Notes under the pieces: model-generated
Database searches by the model: none
What the model was told of the DNA's origin: nothing
Seen by the model: only the letters and a program-made list of their open reading frames with translations
Assembly (NCBI GenBank): GCA_020722185.1
Contig: DYLH01000005.1
Coordinates: 269-64,268, forward strand
Source of the DNA: Candidatus Avelusimicrobium gallicola
Lineage (GTDB): Bacteria > Elusimicrobiota > Elusimicrobia > Elusimicrobiales > UBA9959
Direction: 5' to 3'
Length of the DNA: 64,000 bases
Shown: positions 38,166 to 48,000 of the stretch, piece by piece
How positions within the stretch are numbered: the stretch's first letter is position 1
How the letters are laid out: each line of letters opens with the position of its first letter
Position numbers and translations under genes: made by a program

Positions 38166-40037
38166 TTATCGCCCTGAATATCTGGAATAGTCGTAACTGT
38201 AATATCCATATTTTGGGCCCATTTCAGAAGCCCTCACGCCATTTAGCACAACTCCTATCATTTTTGCTTCAACACCGTTTATCTGATCTTTTGCTCTCTT
38301 CAGAGCTCCGCGAGCTATTTTACCAGCTTTATAAACGAGAACCGCTCCATCATTTTTTTTAGCAAGTATAACGGAATCTATAAAGAGAAGAACAGGAGGC
38401 GCATCAAAAACCACTATATCAAATTCAGATTTTGCAAAAGATATAAATTTCTCCCAGTCAGCATTGTCTAAGAGATCAACCACATTTGCTGGCGTTGTTC
38501 CACAGGAAATTATCTTAAGATTTTCTATACCCTGAAATCTTATCACCTGAGAGGAGTCAAGCCCTCCGGTAATAAAATCTGCGCTTTCTCTTAAAGTTTC
38601 TCTATAATCCACTTTCCCCACTAGGAGATCGCTTAATCCGGGCTGTTTTGGCAAACCGAATACCTGATGTATCACAGGCCTTCGCATATCAGCGTCTATA
38701 AGCAAAGTTTTAAGTCCAGAATGAGCGCTGGCCAGAGCGAAATTTATCGCCGTTAAAGTCTTTCCTTCCGCAGCTCCAGAAGAACTAATAACAACCGAAA
38801 CAGAGCCTTTTTGTGATATATTGGATATAATATTGGCGCGCAAGGTATGATAAGACTCTATGATGCTACTTGAATATTTTCTATTGAACAGCAAAACACT
38901 TCTAAATGCGTCTAGGCCAAAACGTTCTTTCCTGAATATTTCAGTGAGCATATTGTCTATTCTGTGTTCACTAGCTATGTTTGGTATTATTCCTAGCACC
39001 GGCAGATTTATAAAGTTCTCTATTTCCTCTATAGTGCTGATGGAAACATCTAAATTTTCAAGCAAGAAAACAAAAACCACAGATAAGAAAGCGCCAAGCA
39101 AAATTCCTACGGTTAAATTGAGCCTTTTATTTGGAGAGACAGGGACTGTATTGGGAAAAGACGGGTTTACCACGCTTACAAAGGATACAATAGAAGAAAG
39201 CCCAAGCTTAGCCTCCTCGTACTGCTTGCTTATCGTGGCATAAAGGTCTTCCTGAAGTCTTAGATCCCTTGTTATTCTGGCTAGGTCTAATTCCTGAGCC
39301 GGAATCTGAGATAATCTATTCTGCATATTCTCTATTCTTTTTTCTATAGAGTTTATTTCGGGATGGTTTGGGGTATATTTTTCCAGAAGTTCTTTTCTTT
39401 TTATTTCAAGTTCGGCAAGCTGATCTGCATAATAACCACCTATGCCAGTTTTTGGATTTTTCTCTATAAAATTTTTCTTTCGTTTTTCCAGTTCCTTAAG
39501 TTTTTCCTCTATATCATTTTTTCTAGAAACAATATCTTCAAGGGTCTTTCTTGCCTGAGCGCTTTTCTGCTCTAAATCATATTCTCTATACGCATTAATA
39601 ACAGCGTTGATTATATCATTGGCTTTGTAAGGATTGTCAGTTTTTGATGTTATTTTTATCAAGTTTGAATCCTGCACCCTTTCAGCATAATAAGACCCAA
39701 GAACCTCACTGGCCGACAATCTTATTGAAGAATTACTTTCTTGCATCTTGAGATTTATTATTCCAGCCGCTCGAGAAGCTATTTCCATTGAGCCTATAAC
39801 TCTTATCTCAGTTGAAACAGCTCCCCAAGGATCAATTGAAGATATATCTGATCCAGGAAGTTTTGAATAGATATTGGGCGGTTGAGTGTTTATAATGGCA
39901 GAAGAGCTGTATATAGTAGGCTGAAATCTGGTGTATATAAGCGTTGAAACTATTGTAGATACAAAAACTAAAAGCGCAGTCCACTTTCTCCTGTTTATTA
40001 TTCGCCAGTAATCATGAAGTGTAAGTTCGGTATTCAT
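38166..40037 (-). CDS. wzc: Polysaccharide co-polymerase / BY-tyrosine kinase (Wzc-like, PCP-2a)
   Basis: N-terminal Wzz domain (TLHDYWRIINRRKW plus TM). Periplasmic coiled coil and a second TM. Walker A SSSGAAEGKT, Walker B IVVFDAPPV. Tyr-rich tail YGYYSYDYSRYSGR. Confidence 0.8.
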   Translation of the reverse strand: MNTELTLHDYWRIINRRKWTALLVFVSTIVSTLIYTRFQPTIYSSSAIINTQPPNIYSKLPGSDISSIDPWGAVSTEIRVIGSMEIASRAAGIINLKMQESNSSIRLSASEVLGSYYAERVQDSNLIKITSKTDNPYKANDIINAVINAYREYDLEQKSAQARKTLEDIVSRKNDIEEKLKELEKRKKNFIEKNPKTGIGGYYADQLAELEIKRKELLEKYTPNHPEINSIEKRIENMQNRLSQIPAQELDLARITRDLRLQEDLYATISKQYEEAKLGLSSIVSFVSVVNPSFPNTVPVSPNKRLNLTVGILLGAFLSVVFVFLLENLDVSISTIEEIENFINLPVLGIIPNIASEHRIDNMLTEIFRKERFGLDAFRSVLLFNRKYSSSIIESYHTLRANIISNISQKGSVSVVISSSGAAEGKTLTAINFALASAHSGLKTLLIDADMRRPVIHQVFGLPKQPGLSDLLVGKVDYRETLRESADFITGGLDSSQVIRFQGIENLKIISCGTTPANVVDLLDNADWEKFISFAKSEFDIVVFDAPPVLLFIDSVILAKKNDGAVLVYKAGKIARGALKRAKDQINGVEAKMIGVVLNGVRASEMGPKYGYYSYDYSRYSGR

Positions 40038-40038
40038 A

Positions 40039-40716
40039 CTACCTTCTAATCAACACAATTCCGAATGTAAAAAGCATAGTCCATGGCATAAGGTTATCCG
40101 TTATCCATTTCCCAGCTGAGGTGAATTTCTTTCTTGGGATGTAAACTATATCTCCAGGCGAAAGTTCTATGTTTTTCTCAGTATTACCCTTAAACAATTC
40201 ACTTAGATCAATCTCAAAAGAAGATTTAATTGTTTCTCCCTTTTCATTCTTCTTATTTCTAAAAATTCTAATATTCTCAGTATCGGGATAATCAGAAAAT
40301 CCTCTGGCGCTAGATATCAGATCAAGAATTCGCATTCCTTCGTAGTAGTCATAATATCCTCCCCATTGAACTTGACCTATAACACCTACTTTATAAGTGG
40401 AAAATTTTCTCACACTGACAGTTACTTTTGGTTCTGAAACATATTTTGAAAATTTAGATGTAAGAATTTTTTCAAGTTCAGAAGCCCTAATTCCAGAGAC
40501 CTTTATAGCGCCAAGTAATGGCAATTCTATACTGCCATCTGGTTGAACAGTAACCTCCTTGGAAAATTCATCAGCGGGATACACATTTATATCCACAATA
40601 TCTCCAGCTGAGATGAAATAATCTTTTTCACCTAAAGAGGGGATTTCAAATGAGTAAACTGGAAAACCTGACAAATTGATGGCAAAAGATATCAAAAAAG
40701 CAAACATTTTTCTCAT
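40039..40716 (-). CDS. wza: Outer-membrane polysaccharide export protein (Wza/OPX-like, short form)
   Basis: Signal peptide present. Poly_export motif ISAGDIVDINVY...VQPDGSIELPLLGAIKVSG. SLBB-like LSPGDIVYIP. C-terminal hydrophobic helix. Confidence 0.75.
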   Translation of the reverse strand: MRKMFAFLISFAINLSGFPVYSFEIPSLGEKDYFISAGDIVDINVYPADEFSKEVTVQPDGSIELPLLGAIKVSGIRASELEKILTSKFSKYVSEPKVTVSVRKFSTYKVGVIGQVQWGGYYDYYEGMRILDLISSARGFSDYPDTENIRIFRNKKNEKGETIKSSFEIDLSELFKGNTEKNIELSPGDIVYIPRKKFTSAGKWITDNLMPWTMLFTFGIVLIRR

Positions 40717-40748
40717 AAAAGATCTCCCTAATGGCTTTCGAATATAAA

Positions 40749-41309
40749 TTATATACTTTTACCAGCGGCTCTGGAAAGAGTTTTTACTATTGCTTTAAGC
40801 TCCGCAACCTTATCTTCAAGCTCTTTTATTTTTCTATCATCAAAAGAAACTGAAGAATTAGAAAATGTTGAAACCTTCCTTTCAAGCTCAGAAATCTTGT
40901 ATATCAAATCATCATTTCTGCGCTGAGCATAAGAAGCAAATACTATATAACGAAAAAATGCCATAAATGACACTAGAGAAAAAAGCATAAAAGAAACTCC
41001 ACCAACCATGCTTATATACTCTCTATCCGAAAAAATTCCTATCAAAAGAACTATTATCGATGCAAGCATTCCAAAAAGCAGGGCTTCTTTATTTTCACTC
41101 CAAAGAATATTGAATTTAGGATTTATTGGACGATCAGATAATGGTCGCTGATGAGAAGGCAGCGGAATATTTTGCGGCATTTGAATATTCCCTCTAACCG
41201 CAAGAGAATGTGGCTGAGATGGTTTTTCTATATCTTCCTCTGTGTGATAAAAAGACGTTTCAACCTTTAACTTTTCAAGCATTGATCTTAGATCTTCATT
41301 TTTTTTCAT
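40749..41309 (-). CDS. Hypothetical membrane anchor: P/Q-rich N-terminus, two TM helices, C-terminal coiled coil
   Basis: Hydrophobic helices LLFGMLASIIVLLIGIF and VGGVSFMLFSLVSFMAFFRYIVF, then ISELERKV...KELEDKVAELKAIVKTL. No recognisable family. Confidence 0.5.
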   Translation of the reverse strand: MKKNEDLRSMLEKLKVETSFYHTEEDIEKPSQPHSLAVRGNIQMPQNIPLPSHQRPLSDRPINPKFNILWSENKEALLFGMLASIIVLLIGIFSDREYISMVGGVSFMLFSLVSFMAFFRYIVFASYAQRRNDDLIYKISELERKVSTFSNSSVSFDDRKIKELEDKVAELKAIVKTLSRAAGKSI

Positions 41310-42030
41310 CTTTATTCTCCGACATTTTTGAAAATGAGTATTTTCTCTCCCAGTCGGCTATCTTTTCTTGTTTTCTTATGATTTCTTTTTCTCTATTTTC
41401 TAAATCTAACCTTACCTTTTCAAAAGTTCTTATCAAGTCCTTTTTCTTATTTATAAAATCTTCACTAAGAATTTTCTCTTTTGTTTTTAATTCTGCCATC
41501 TTTCTTGAATAATCTTTTTCCATAGCCAAATGCCTGTTTTCCAACTCTCTGTTTTTCTCTTCCCATTTTTTCAACATAGCATCTTCTTTAATCCTGATTT
41601 CCTCGTAGAGTGACTGCGCCCTAGAAGAATATTCCATTGTCAATTTGGTCTTCTCCAGAGCCACTTCAGCCTTTATTTCTGCCTTTTCTGCCTCAAGCTT
41701 TTTTACAGCCTCTTTTAAATCCCTCAATTCATCATAAGTTTTTACATTTTCCTCAGATAGTTTGTTGTTTATTTCTTTAAGTTTTAATAGTTTCAATTCA
41801 AACTCGGATTCTATTTCCTTTTTTTCTTCTTTAAGGGCTTCCAATCTTTTTTTGAAATCCTCTGTAGTTTTTCCAGCAAGATCCTCATAGGAAATAATTT
41901 CATCTTCAAATTCTTCAAGTATGGTAGACAACTCCACAGAAGAAGGATTTTTATACTGCCAGAGTTTTTCAGCAAATTCTTTAAGTCTTGCTAAAAAGGA
42001 TGAGGGGACGCATTTAAGTTCTTTTTTCAT
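41296..42030 (-). CDS. Hypothetical coiled-coil protein (244 aa)
   Basis: E/K-rich heptad-like sequence after a ~60-aa N-terminal region. 2 nt downstream of the giant gene; 14-nt overlap with the next gene. Confidence 0.5.
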   Translation of the reverse strand: MKKELKCVPSSFLARLKEFAEKLWQYKNPSSVELSTILEEFEDEIISYEDLAGKTTEDFKKRLEALKEEKKEIESEFELKLLKLKEINNKLSEENVKTYDELRDLKEAVKKLEAEKAEIKAEVALEKTKLTMEYSSRAQSLYEEIRIKEDAMLKKWEEKNRELENRHLAMEKDYSRKMAELKTKEKILSEDFINKKKDLIRTFEKVRLDLENREKEIIRKQEKIADWERKYSFSKMSENKDEKK

Positions 42031-42032
42031 AT

Positions 42033-45000
42033 TTACCTGGCCTTATTTTTATATTCAGCAATAGTCCTTGTAAGTTCAAGACGCAAATTCTCTATTTCAG
42101 ACTGACGCTTGGCATATTCTCTTTCAAGATCCAATCTTCTGGTCTCAAGCTCTCTTTCTCTCTTTTCAAACTCTTCAGCTTTCCTTGCGTTTTCCTTATC
42201 AATCTCAGTTAATTTTTCTTGAAGTTTTACTTCCATTTCATTCAAGCGAGACTGCTTCAATGAAAGCATAGAGTCTTTTGCCGACATATTCTTTTCCATT
42301 TCTTCAATGGTCTGCTGCATCTGTGCTACCCTCTTATTGTACAATTCTTTAAGGGAGTTATTTTCCTGGATAAACTTTTCTTCCATAGCAGCCTGCTCTG
42401 CTCTGTAAGAGGCGAGAGTTTCTGAAAATCTCTTTTCCTCTTGCGCCAAATGTTGCGCAAGCATAGAAGAATAGTTGTCTCTGTATTTAGATATTTCCTC
42501 TTTAAGTTTTTCCATTTTCTCTTCAGCTTCTTTCATAGCAGCATCCTTTTCAGCTAAAACACTAAGCATTCTTTCCTTATCTGCTTTGTAACTTTCTCTC
42601 ATCTTTTCTATTTCATACACGCTTCTTTCATTAAGCTCTACTAATTCTCTTTGGGTGATATCCAACTTTTCTTCAAGCATAGCAGTCGCTCTTGAAACGG
42701 CTTCTGCCAATCTTTTATTAAAATCCTTTGACATTGAATCTACAATTTGAGCTTTTTCCTGAGAGAATTCTTTCGCCATTTCAACAGCTTCCTGTGTCAG
42801 TTGAGATTCTCTTTCTTTTGATTGTATCAATTCGGCGCTTAAAGCCGATATTCTCTCTTTTAGAGAAGACGATTCCTTTCTTAAAGAATCTTCTTTCATA
42901 CTAAATTCTGATTTTATATCTTCTATCTGAGACTTCATAGAATTTTCCAAATCAGCTTTGGCTTTTTTATACTTTTCTGCATATATCTCAGCTTGTTTTC
43001 GAGAAACTTCATTTTGGAAAGATTCCATTTTTTCATCCATTTCCCTTTGAAAAGCAGAAAGTCTCTCAGAAAGAGATTTTATTTCTTCATCTTTTGAATT
43101 AAGTATTCTGAAACTCTGGCTCAATTCCTCCTCATAGGCTAGGATCTTATTATTAAGAGATTCAGTTTCTGCTTTGACCTGTTTTTCTATCCTTTGAGAA
43201 AATTCCGACTCCATTTCAGCTTTCTGCTGAGCAAGAAGTCTTCTTGAATTTATTTCCAGATCCGCAAGTTTGCTGGATAAATCTTTGTTCTCTTCAATAG
43301 CGCTGGCTAGTTTTTCTTTTACTTGACCTAATTCAAAAACAGCCGCATCTGCTATTTTTTCAAGATGCTCTTTTTCTTTACCCCAATTAATTCTTTCCTT
43401 ATCATACACTTCCTTATGCATTTCAAGATTTTGCTGATATTCCTGCTCATATTGTTTTTTTATATCTTCAATTTTAGACTTCGATTCTTCTCTAATCTCT
43501 CTTATAGAAACTTCATTTTCCTGTTTGTATTTTTCAGAAATTTTCCTTAATCTGAAATCAAAATCTTTTTCCCTTGACAAAATTTCACTGCGAAGCCTTT
43601 CTATTTCTTCATTTAGGCTATTTGTTTCTTTAACCCTGAGAACTCTCTCTTTTTCCTTTTCAGATTTAAGCTCATCCATCTCTTTTTTCATCTGAGAATA
43701 AAAAAGATTCTTTTCTTCCTGAATTTCTTTTTTTCTATTTTCAAATTCAAGAGATATTAGCCTTATTTTTTCAGCATAATCTTGAGACAATGAATTTCTT
43801 AAAGAATTTTCACTCTCTCTATGTTTTACTTCAAGAGATTCAATAGCCTCACGGAACTCAATATCTTTATCTGTAAGTTTTTTCTCATAGTCTTTTATAA
43901 TATCCTCATATTTTTTTTCTATTTGAGCTTTTTCCTCTTCAAGAGATAAAGCTCTGGCCTGATATTCCTGCTCCCTTTGAGAAATTTGTTGTCTGAGATG
44001 ATCCGATATTGCGGCTTTTTCTTGTGAAAATTTCACAAACAAATCTGATATCTTGCTCTCATATTCAGAAACCATTTTTTCATACTTATCTTTTTCTTCT
44101 TTGAGAGCCACTTCATCTTTTTGTTTAAGTTCAGAAATCAATTTTTCATATTCAGATTTGAGTTTCTCGGAATTCTTCTCAAAATCTTTCGTAAGAGAAA
44201 GGATTATTTCCTCTTTATCTTTTAAGAGAGCTGATAGAGTAGCATCTTTTTGCGCTATCTCATTATCAAAAGATTTTGAAATTTCTTTTCTTTTAGTTCT
44301 TTCATTTTCAAGCAAAATCATCATTTCATTTTCATACTTTGACTTTGCTTCTTCATAAGTGGCTTTTAAATTAGCTACCTTTTCCTCAAAACGTTTTCTC
44401 AAATTCTCCATTTCTTTATTGTGCCTTTCTTCTATTTCTTTTTCACGCTCATTAAAATTTGCCATTAGTTGATTTTTTAATTCTTCTTTTTCCGCTGAGA
44501 CTAATTTAAGCTTTTCATTTATTTTGTTTAACTTTTCCTCGTAATCTGCCTCAATAGCAGTTTTCTCTTCTTCATATTTCATCAAAATATCGTCTTTCTC
44601 AGCAGAAGCTTTTAGCAAAACATCTCCCATAGCTTGCCAAAAAGATTGTCTCATTTCTTCTTTTTGTTGAGAAATTTTTTCAATTTCTTTTTCCCATTTA
44701 AGAGCGCTTTCCTGATTTTCTTTTCTAAGGTTTATGATGGCTTCATCTTTTTCTTTACTAATACTTGATATCTTAGACTCATAAAAAGATATCCTCTCGC
44801 TGATTTTATCTTCTAAAGATTTTTTCTCTATTTCCATTTGATTTTTTAAGTTCTCAATGGAATTTTTCAAATCGGTTCTCTCTTTGTCAAATTCTGACTC
44901 TTTTATGGATAAAGTCTCCTGCCATTGACTATTTGTCTTTTCAATCTTTTCTCTAAGCTCTTTTTCTTTTTTATTAAGCAATTCTTCAAGCTCTTTTATC

Positions 45001-48000
45001 TTTTCACTTCTTGCCACCAGCTCCCCGGAATATTTCTTTTCGTATTCACTTCTAAGGCTTAGATTCTCACCTATAAACCTCTCTTCCATCTCTTTCTTCT
45101 CAGCTTCAAAGCGAGATTTTATCTCTTTTATCTTATCGCTATTTACCGCCTCTTTTTGCTCAAGTTCTAAAATTAATTGCTTTTCCCTCTTCTCATATTC
45201 AGCTTTTATATCTTGTATCTGACTCGCAAATTCGCTTCTGGCCTTCTCTAGTTCTAGCGAATATTCCTTCTCTTTCTTAGCTATATCTTCAGACAGCTTT
45301 CTTACTTCAACCTCTTTGCCTAAAATAGCATTCTCATAATCCGCCTTAATCAATGAAAAAGAATTCTTAAGCTCTTCATTCGCTGACAAAAGCTCACTCT
45401 CCCTATGTGAAAACTCTTTCCTTAAATCCCCTAAGGCTTTTTCACGCTCGGCTATAAAGCGGCTCTCTGTCCTAGAAAGAAGTTCTTGCATCTCTCCAAT
45501 CCTTTTTTGCGCATTCTCTATCCTTGCAATATATGTCGCGGCTATTGAAGCTTTTTCTTCTTCGTTTTCACTTCTCACCGCGGACAGCTGTTCAAGATAA
45601 TAATCCTCTTTGGCTTTAAGCGCTGACTCCATATCTTCTCGATACTTCTGCGATAACTCATTCTTCTCTTTGATCAGCTCATTCTTTAATTCCTCTATCT
45701 TGTCTTCATATTCTTTATTTAATAAACCTATCTTCTCAATAAGAGAATTTTTCTCTGTTTCTATCTTCTCTTTATTTTCCTCTATCTTTTTTAACTTTAT
45801 CTCAAAATTCTTCTCTTTTTCCTCAAGCGCCTGGGACATCTTCTGCTCAAATTCTGACTCTTTTATGGATAAAGTCTCCTGCCATTGACTATTTGTCTTT
45901 TCAATCTTTTCTCTAAGCTCTTTTTCTTTTTTATTAAGCAATTCTTCAAGCTCTTTTATCTTTTCACTTCTTGCCACCAGCTCCCCGGAATATTTCTTTT
46001 CGTATTCACTTCTAAGGCTTAGATTCTCACCTATAAACCTCTCTTCCATCTCTTTCTTCTCAGCTTCAAAGCGAGATTTTATCTCTTTTATCTTATCGCT
46101 ATTTACCGCCTCTTTTTGCTCAAGTTCTAAAATTAATTGCTTTTCCCTCTTCTCATATTCAGCTTTTATATCTTGTATCTGACTCGCAAATTCGCTTCTG
46201 GCCTTCTCTAGTTCTAGCGAATATTCCTTCTCTTTCTTAGCTATATCTTCAGACAGCTTTCTTACTTCAACCTCTTTGCCTAAAATAGCATTCTCATAAT
46301 CCGCCTTAATCAATGAAAAAGAATTCTTAAGCTCTTCATTCGCTGACAAAAGCTCACTCTCCCTATGTGAAAACTCTTTCCTTAAATCCCCTAAGGCTTT
46401 TTCACGCTCGGCTATAAAGCGGCTCTCTGTCCTAGAAAGAAGTTCTTGCATCTCTCCAATCCTTTTTTGCGCATTCTCTATCCTTGCAATATATGTCGCG
46501 GCTATTGAAGCTTTTTCTTCTTCGTTTTCACTTCTCACCGCGGACAGCTGTTCAAGATAATAATCCTCTTTGGCTTTAAGCGCTGACTCCATATCTTCTC
46601 GATACTTCTGCGATAACTCATTCTTCTCTTTGATCAGCTCATTCTTTAATTCCTCTATCTTGTCTTCATATTCTTTATTTAATAAACCTATCTTCTCAAT
46701 AAGAGAATTTTTCTCTGTTTCTATCTTCTCTTTATTTTCCTCTATCTTTTTTAACTTTATCTCAAAATTCTTCTCTTTTTCCTCAAGCGCCTGGGACATC
46801 TTCTGCTCAAATTCTGACTCTTTTATGCGCAGTCTTTCATTTAACTCAAATATCTCATTTTGTTTAGCTAAAATCTCTTCCTCAAATTTTTTTGAAAGAT
46901 TTTCAATCCTTTGCTGATATGACTTTTCGCTCTCTACACGCATATCTTCCATAGCTTTTTGAGAAGATTCAATGCTTTTCTGATATTCCTTAAGCAATCT
47001 TTCTTTTTCCTGAGCATACTTCATTTCTATTTCATGAAGAGTCTCTCTGAGTTTTTCATTTTCTTGATTGAGTCTGCTTCTTTCTGCCTCAAAGGCACTT
47101 TTGTCGCTTATAAATTTTTGCTCTGTTTCACTGATTTTTAATATCAGCTCCTCGTCAAATCTTTTTTTGATTTCTATTATCTTATTTTCAAGATTTTTTA
47201 TCTGTTCTTGAGCCTGCCAGTATTTTTCAGCCATTTCTTTTGCGCTTTCTTCAAGTCTTGCTCTCTCTTTATCCCATGCCATATGCAAAGACTTTATTTC
47301 TTTTTTTCTCTCTTCCTCTATAGACATAAGCCTATTGTTCATATTAAAAGCAAGACTCTCTTTATACTTCTCATAAGCCTGAGAGACTTCTTCTTTTTTT
47401 GCTATGTACTCAGCTTCCAAAGCCGCCTGTCTATTTTTTATCCATTCTTCTTTCTCTTTTGCAGAATTTTCCAGAAAATTTACTCTCTCCATAAGCTCTT
47501 TTTCTCTATCTGAGTATGAAGCCTGAAGAGATGAAATTCTCTTATCATAGGATCTCTGAAGCTCAATATTCAGCTCATCATATTTTTTCTGAGCTTCTGC
47601 AAGTTTTTGTGAGTACTGGCTTTCAGTTTCAAGCAGACGCCTATTCCAGTTTTCAACCATATTTTTTTGAGATTTATCCAGCTCTTCAAATTTTTTCTGA
47701 TAGTCATTCTCAAGCTCGCGTCTGAGTATATCTATTCTGGCCTCTTTTTCAATAAGTTGTCTCACATCCAGTTTGCCCTCTCCAAGCAACTGCATTGTGG
47801 CTTCAAGTTTCCTGTAAAATTCTTCCTTATCTTCAACAGTTTTTATCCTTGCGGAAAATGAATCGCGGATATTTTCAAGTTTTGCGGATAACTCTTTATT
47901 TGAATTTTCAGCTATTTCAAGATTTTTTCTCAATTCAGAGCCTTCTTTTTCCATTCCTGAAATCTTTTCCAAAGCCCAACGCAAGGTCATTTTTGCTGTA

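Noticed and set aside
44887-46827. The repeat as a CRISPR array or mobile element
   Set aside because: The unit is 960 bp and lies entirely within, and in frame with, a coding sequence. There is no spacer-repeat alternation, no terminal inverted repeats and no transposase.
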